Source of the DNA: an uncultured Gammaproteobacteria bacterium
GTDB lineage: Bacteria > Pseudomonadota > Gammaproteobacteria > UBA9214
NCBI GenBank assembly: GCA_963748215.1
Contig: CAVVHS010000002.1
Span: 192,001 to 256,000 of the forward strand
Direction of reading: 5' to 3'
DNA: 64,000 nucleotides
Shown: one piece after another, positions 59,235-64,000 of the stretch
How positions within the stretch are numbered: the first letter of the stretch is position 1
Layout: each line of letters opens with the position of its first letter
The notes under the pieces: generated by a model
The model's database searches: none
Told to the model about the DNA's origin: nothing
The model's input: the letters and a program-made list of their open reading frames with translations, nothing else
Translations under genes and position numbers: made by a program

Positions 59235-60035
59235 TCGGCCGCTCTCGTTGCTGCGCGCTTCCGTCAGCGCCCCTTCGGCACGTTCCAGCATGGCTTCCGC
59301 GTCATCGTGCTTCTGGCACTGGGTGATACCGAAACAGGTATGCAGGCTGGCGCCGAGGGCATCGCTCAACCCGGCTACCTGGTCCGAGAGTTTTTCCACC
59401 AGTAGCAGCGCTGCGTCCTGGCTGGTCTCCTGCAGCACCAGGATGAACTCATGGTCAGGATTGCAGCCGATCAGGTCAGCCCAGCGTGTCTGGTCCTTGA
59501 GCAGGTGCGCGACCTGCGCCAGCGCGCGTTCGCGAGCATCCGCCGGCCTGGTGACCAGGCCCATGGTGACTACAGTCAGCGGGTGGTTATAACGGCGGCA
59601 GCGTGACACCATCGGTTCCAGCGTTACCTGAAGACCGTAGTGACTCAGCAGGCCGGGCAGGGTTGCATCGCGCATGGACTGCCGTTCGAGCTGGCCGGCC
59701 AGCTCATCGCGTTCCTGCTTCAGGCGCAGACGTTCGGTGCGGTCCTGGTAGAAGTGCGCTACGAACCCCGGCCGGTCGCTGATGGCGACGCTTTCTATCG
59801 CGAGCCAGCGTTCCCCGCCATCCGGCATGATCCAGTTGATCAGCGCGTTTTCCGCCAGCAGCGGTGCGATCAGCGCATCCGGTGCAGCGCCGCGGACCAG
59901 GCCGTCGGCGGCAGCGCCCAGCAGGTCGGCGAAGGCCCGGTTGAAATAGCCGATCCGTCCCTGTTCCTCGAGCAGCATCGCCAGGGGACAGTGATCCAGC
60001 AGTGCAAGGGCTTCAGTCAGCGGTAAGTCTTTCAT
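59220..60035 (-). CDS. PAS-like plus degenerate GGDEF domain protein
   Basis: PAS-like N-terminus (FNRAF...ERWL...QDRTER), coiled coil, GGDEF fold with PDHEF in place of GGDEF. Confidence 0.8.
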   Translation of the reverse strand: MKDLPLTEALALLDHCPLAMLLEEQGRIGYFNRAFADLLGAAADGLVRGAAPDALIAPLLAENALINWIMPDGGERWLAIESVAISDRPGFVAHFYQDRTERLRLKQERDELAGQLERQSMRDATLPGLLSHYGLQVTLEPMVSRCRRYNHPLTVVTMGLVTRPADARERALAQVAHLLKDQTRWADLIGCNPDHEFILVLQETSQDAALLLVEKLSDQVAGLSDALGASLHTCFGITQCQKHDDAEAMLERAEGALTEARSNESGRSIAV

Positions 60036-60103
60036 AGGCGTTGTGTGCTGGATGCGTGATGATTGTGATGTATCGGCAGCGGGTGGGTCGATTCAGTCGC
60101 CAT

Positions 60104-61507
60104 TCAGTATTGCGCGAGACGCTGCCGTGCGGCCGCGATGGCGCTGCGTACCTGCTTTGGTGCGGTGCCGCCGTGGTGATTGCGTGCGGCCATGGACCCT
60201 TCCAGGGTCAGTACGGCGAACACGTCGTCCTCGATGACATGCGAAAAGCGCTGCAGTTCCTCCAGTGCCATTGCACCCAGGTCCTTGCCGGTATCGATAC
60301 CGTGGCGCACGGCGCGGCCGACGATTTCATGCGCGTCGCGGAACGCGATGCCCTTGCGCACCAGGTAGTCCGCCAGGTCGGTGGCCGTGGCGAAGCCGCG
60401 GCGTGCGGCCGTGGCCATGTTGTCGCGCCTGACCACGAGGGCCGGCATCATGTCGCCGAACACACGCAGCGAGCCGGCCAGCGTGTCCACGGTATCGAAC
60501 AGCGGCTCCTTGTCTTCCTGGTTGTCCTTGTTGTAGGCGAGCGGCTGGCTCTTCATCAGCATCAGCAGGCTAACCAGGTGGCCGGTGACGCGCCCGCTCT
60601 TGCCGCGCACCAGTTCCGGCACATCGGGATTCTTCTTCTGCGGCATGATGCTGGAGCCGGTGCAGAAGCGGTCCGGCAGGTCGATGAAGTCGAACTGCGC
60701 CGACGACCACAGCACCAGTTCCTCGGAGAACCGCGACAGGTGCGTCATGACCAGTGCCGCCACCGCGCAGAACTCGATGACGAAGTCGCGGTCGCTGACC
60801 GCGTCCAGCGAGTTGCGTGCCGGCGCGTCGAAACCCAGCAGTCGCGCGGTATAAACGCGATCGATGGGGAAGCTGGTACCGGCCAGCGCCGCCGCGCCCA
60901 GCGGCATGACATTGACCCGCTTGCGGCAGTCGAGCAGACGCTGGTGATCGCGCTCCAGCATCTCCTCCCATGCCAGCATATGATGACCAAAACTGACGGG
61001 CATGGCGACTTGCAGATGGGTGAAGCCCGGCATGATAGTGTCAGTCTCGCGCTCGGCGAGATCGACCAGCGCAGTCTGCAGGCGGGTGAGCTGTATGGCC
61101 AGGGCATCGATCTCGTCGCGCAGGTACAGGCGCAGGTCGGTGGCGACCTGGTCGTTGCGCGAGCGGCCGGTGTGCAGTTTCTTGCCGGTTTCGCCGATGC
61201 GCTCGATCAGGCGTGCCTCGATGTTCATGTGAATGTCTTCGAGCGCCACCGACCAGTCGAATTCGCCGCGCTCGATCTCGGCCTGGATGCCGGAGAGGCC
61301 GTCGACGATCTGCCGTGCCTCGTCGTCACTGAGGATGCCGACGTGCGCCAGCATCCGGGCATGCGCCTGAGAGCCGGCGATGTCGTGGCGATAGAGCCGG
61401 TGATCGAAGCCGATCGATGCGGTAAAGGCCTCGACGAAGGCGTCGGTGGACTCGGTGAAGCGGCCACCCCAGGGTTTTGCGGCAGGTGTTTCGTCGGTCA
61501 TGGTCAT
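60104..61507 (-). CDS. argH: Argininosuccinate lyase
   Basis: [26 protein letters not shown]. Confidence 0.98.
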   Translation of the reverse strand: MTMTDETPAAKPWGGRFTESTDAFVEAFTASIGFDHRLYRHDIAGSQAHARMLAHVGILSDDEARQIVDGLSGIQAEIERGEFDWSVALEDIHMNIEARLIERIGETGKKLHTGRSRNDQVATDLRLYLRDEIDALAIQLTRLQTALVDLAERETDTIMPGFTHLQVAMPVSFGHHMLAWEEMLERDHQRLLDCRKRVNVMPLGAAALAGTSFPIDRVYTARLLGFDAPARNSLDAVSDRDFVIEFCAVAALVMTHLSRFSEELVLWSSAQFDFIDLPDRFCTGSSIMPQKKNPDVPELVRGKSGRVTGHLVSLLMLMKSQPLAYNKDNQEDKEPLFDTVDTLAGSLRVFGDMMPALVVRRDNMATAARRGFATATDLADYLVRKGIAFRDAHEIVGRAVRHGIDTGKDLGAMALEELQRFSHVIEDDVFAVLTLEGSMAARNHHGGTAPKQVRSAIAAARQRLAQY

Positions 61508-61643
61508 AACGGGCTGTCGGATTGCGCGCAGTATATCGAATCCACGCCGGGATTGCGTTCGCCCCGGCGTGGCAGGGAGGCGGGGCTTTGGTTATGGATG
61601 ACAGACAGCGGAACAGGGCCGTGGCGGGCAGGCCGGGACAGGG

Positions 61644-62165
61644 ATGAAGGCGCTGGTCATCGACAACGCCAGCCCGGAACATGCCCGCCTGCGCCGGCTG
61701 CTGGACGACGCGGGCCGGAACGGGGTGGCTGAAGGCGCAGCCGGGATACTCGAGCTGCTGGCATGCCGGCTTCCGGGCGAACTGGTGCTGGTGCAGACGC
61801 AACCGCAGGCGGCCGCACGATCGCATCTCTGTGCCGGTTCGCGCGTCGGGTGTCAGCAGGTGCCGGTCGGCGAGGTGCGCTATTTCCTGGCCGAGCACAA
61901 GTATGTCTGGGTTCGCAGCGCCCACGAACGCTTGCTGATCCGGGATTCACTGGTCTCGCTGGCGCAGGAATTCGCCGATCGATTCGTACGCATCCACCGC
62001 AATGCCCTGGTTGCCACGCGCTATCTCACCGGCCTCGGCGCCGCGGGCGGCGGGCGCTGTCACGTGAGCCTGGCCGGTATCGAGGAAACGCTGCCGGTCA
62101 GCCGCCGCCGTGCCACCGCCCTGCGCCGGCTGGTCAGGGCTGAACATTGTATCCGCTGCTACTAG
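61644..62165 (+). CDS. AlgR-like LytTR regulator with a truncated, degenerate receiver domain
   Basis: LytTR motifs AEHKYV, FVRIHRNALV, LPVSRR; position between argH and hemC as for algR. Confidence 0.85.
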   Translation: MKALVIDNASPEHARLRRLLDDAGRNGVAEGAAGILELLACRLPGELVLVQTQPQAAARSHLCAGSRVGCQQVPVGEVRYFLAEHKYVWVRSAHERLLIRDSLVSLAQEFADRFVRIHRNALVATRYLTGLGAAGGGRCHVSLAGIEETLPVSRRRATALRRLVRAEHCIRCY

Positions 62166-62680
62166 CGCACGGCGTCACAGCCGGCGTAGCGAATCGGGCT
62201 GGCCGGCTCGCGAATCATCAGCAGCGCCGTATCGATGCAGGCATCGAGGTAGCCGCCGAACAGCTCCGGGGTGTTGATCCCCTTGATGCGTTCCGCCACT
62301 TCCCGGCCGGTGCCGTCGAGGAACACGATGGTCGGCGTCAACCAGGCCCTGTAGCGGGTCGCGATCGCGCCGGCCTCCCGTTGCGAGCCGTCGAAATCGG
62401 TCGCGTGCTGCCCGATGTCCAGCAGGAGGCGGCGGATGATGACCTTGTCGGTGTACTCGCCGCTGATCAGCATGGGTTCGAGGAACTCGTCCTCCAGCTG
62501 CCGGCAGTATCCACAACTGACTGCGCTGAACACCAGCAGTATGGGCAACCGCCGTGCGGTCGCCTGGCGCCCGTCCTGCTGCAGGTCGGTGCCGTAGGGC
62601 ACGTCGACCGCCGCTTGGGCAGGCATGACAAAAAGACATAATAAAACACCTGCGACGGCGAGGGGATTGTATAATTGCAT
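62162..62680 (-). CDS. Exported thioredoxin-fold protein (SoxW-like)
   Basis: Signal peptide ending [15 protein letters not shown]. Confidence 0.82.
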   Translation of the reverse strand: MQLYNPLAVAGVLLCLFVMPAQAAVDVPYGTDLQQDGRQATARRLPILLVFSAVSCGYCRQLEDEFLEPMLISGEYTDKVIIRRLLLDIGQHATDFDGSQREAGAIATRYRAWLTPTIVFLDGTGREVAERIKGINTPELFGGYLDACIDTALLMIREPASPIRYAGCDAVR

Positions 62681-62715
62681 TATCATGCATCCATTTAGAG
62701 GCTGGTTCGTTACCG

Positions 62716-63645
62716 ATGTCAACAGAACGCGTATGCATTGCGACCCGTAAGAGCCCACTGGCACTCTGGCAGGCAGAACACGTGCGCGCACGCCTGCAGG
62801 CGATCCATCCCGGACTGTCGATTGAGCTGCTGACCATGACCACCCAGGGGGACCGGGTGCTCGATAGCCCGCTGGCCAAGATCGGCGGTAAGGGATTGTT
62901 TGTAAAGGAACTCGAGCAGGGCATGCTGAAGGGTGCCGCGGACATCGCGGTGCATTCCATGAAGGACGTGCCGGCCGATCTGCCGGACGGCCTGGAGATC
63001 CGTACCATCCTCGAGCGCGAGGATCCGCGTGATGCCTTTGTCTCCAACCGGTATGCGGACATCGCCGCGCTGCCGCAGGGTGCGCGCGTCGGCACCTCCA
63101 GCCTGCGCCGCCAGTGCCAGCTGCGCGCGTTGCGCCCGGACCTGGAAATCCTCGACCTGCGCGGCAACGTGGGCACGCGTCTCGGCAAACTCGATGCCGG
63201 TGACTACGACGCCATCGTGCTGGCCTGTGCCGGCCTCAGACGCCTCGGCATGCAGGAACGGATTACCCTGGCGTTGGCGGACGAGCTGATGCTGCCGGCG
63301 ATCGCGCAGGGCGTCATCGGCATCGAATGCCGCAGCGGCGATACGCGCGTGCATGACCTGATCGATGCGCTGAACCACACCGCAACGGCAACCCGGACGC
63401 GCGCCGAGCGTGCCATGAACGCACGCCTGGCCGGCGGCTGCCAGGCACCGGTGGCCGGCTATTCGGAAATCCTCGACGGCAATATGGAGCTGCGCGGGCT
63501 GGTGGGGCGTCCGGATGGCAGCGACATCATCCGCGGCGCGATCACCGGACCGCCCGAAGAGGCCGAGGCGCTGGGCCGTGAACTGGCCGAGGACCTGCTG
63601 GCACGCGGCGCCGATGTCATCCTGCAAGAACTCATGGCAGACTGA
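62716..63645 (+). CDS. hemC: Hydroxymethylbilane synthase
   Basis: [37 protein letters not shown]. Confidence 0.98.
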   Translation: MSTERVCIATRKSPLALWQAEHVRARLQAIHPGLSIELLTMTTQGDRVLDSPLAKIGGKGLFVKELEQGMLKGAADIAVHSMKDVPADLPDGLEIRTILEREDPRDAFVSNRYADIAALPQGARVGTSSLRRQCQLRALRPDLEILDLRGNVGTRLGKLDAGDYDAIVLACAGLRRLGMQERITLALADELMLPAIAQGVIGIECRSGDTRVHDLIDALNHTATATRTRAERAMNARLAGGCQAPVAGYSEILDGNMELRGLVGRPDGSDIIRGAITGPPEEAEALGRELAEDLLARGADVILQELMAD

Positions 63646-63729
63646 CCGCCCGAAGTGATGTTTTCCATGGCCGCCACCTGCCGGTGTTGCACATGACCTG
63701 TTTCCCCGGCAATACCCCGCCCCGACATC

Positions 63730-64000
63730 ATGCAGGCTAAACCGCGCATCCTGGTGACGCGTCCGGCCGCACAGGCACGCGGTCTGTGCGACCGCATCGT
63801 GGCACTGGGTGGCCTGCCAGTCGAACTTCCCGCCATCGAGATTCGCGCGCCCGAAGATACCGCGCCGCTCGAGGCGCTGGTCGAACGTGTCGATACCTTC
63901 GACCTGGCCGTGTTCATCAGTGTCAATGCCGTGCAGCGCGGTCTGGACTTCATCCTGGCGCGGCGCGACTGGCCGGCCTCGGTGCAGGTCGCCGCGGTGG
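63730..64000 (+). CDS. hemD: Uroporphyrinogen-III synthase (partial)
   Basis: Manual translation MQAKPRILVTRPAAQA...LPAIEI...VFISVNAV; follows hemC and runs off the window. Confidence 0.88.
   Translation, partial: MQAKPRILVTRPAAQARGLCDRIVALGGLPVELPAIEIRAPEDTAPLEALVERVDTFDLAVFISVNAVQRGLDFILARRDWPASVQVAAV

Overview
Replication-origin region of a high-GC Gammaproteobacterium. The gene set (parAB after rsmG, gpmI, class-1 pyrD, SoxW-like thioredoxin) suggests a Chromatiales/Thiohalobacterales-like organism; this is inference. Gene order: slyD-like (partial), atpC-D-G-A-H-F-E-B-I, parB-parA-rsmG-mnmG, an orphan gene plus TetR, mnmE-yidC-yidD-rnpA-rpmH, dnaA-[oriC]-dnaN-recF (two parS sites)-gyrB, plsC-gmhB-like-MazG-like-glyS-glyQ, hypothetical-PP-loop thiolase-like-TusA-CDF, glnA-DUF4124-glnL-glnG, pyrD, trmL, gpsA-secB-rhodanese-ArsR, gpmI-envC-ctpA-yibQ-DJ-1, ubiB-J-E-DUF971-hslUV, xerC-DUF484-dapF-lysA-lptM, carboxylesterase, degenerate GGDEF, argH, truncated AlgR-like regulator, SoxW-like, hemC-hemD (partial). 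I saw no rRNA, tRNA, CRISPR array, prophage or transposase. atpD has one indel and secB about six; both are probably assembly errors. The window is mostly core genome, and I cannot confirm a new system. The best candidates are: a three-tier nested repeat with a clean 48-nt insertion between lysA and dapF; a putative RNA-thiolation module (PP-loop enzyme, TusA, CDF); a kinase-less, receiver-deleted, Cys-rich AlgR-like regulator; a likely c-di-GMP receptor; and an active-site-altered GmhB coupled to a MazG-like enzyme.
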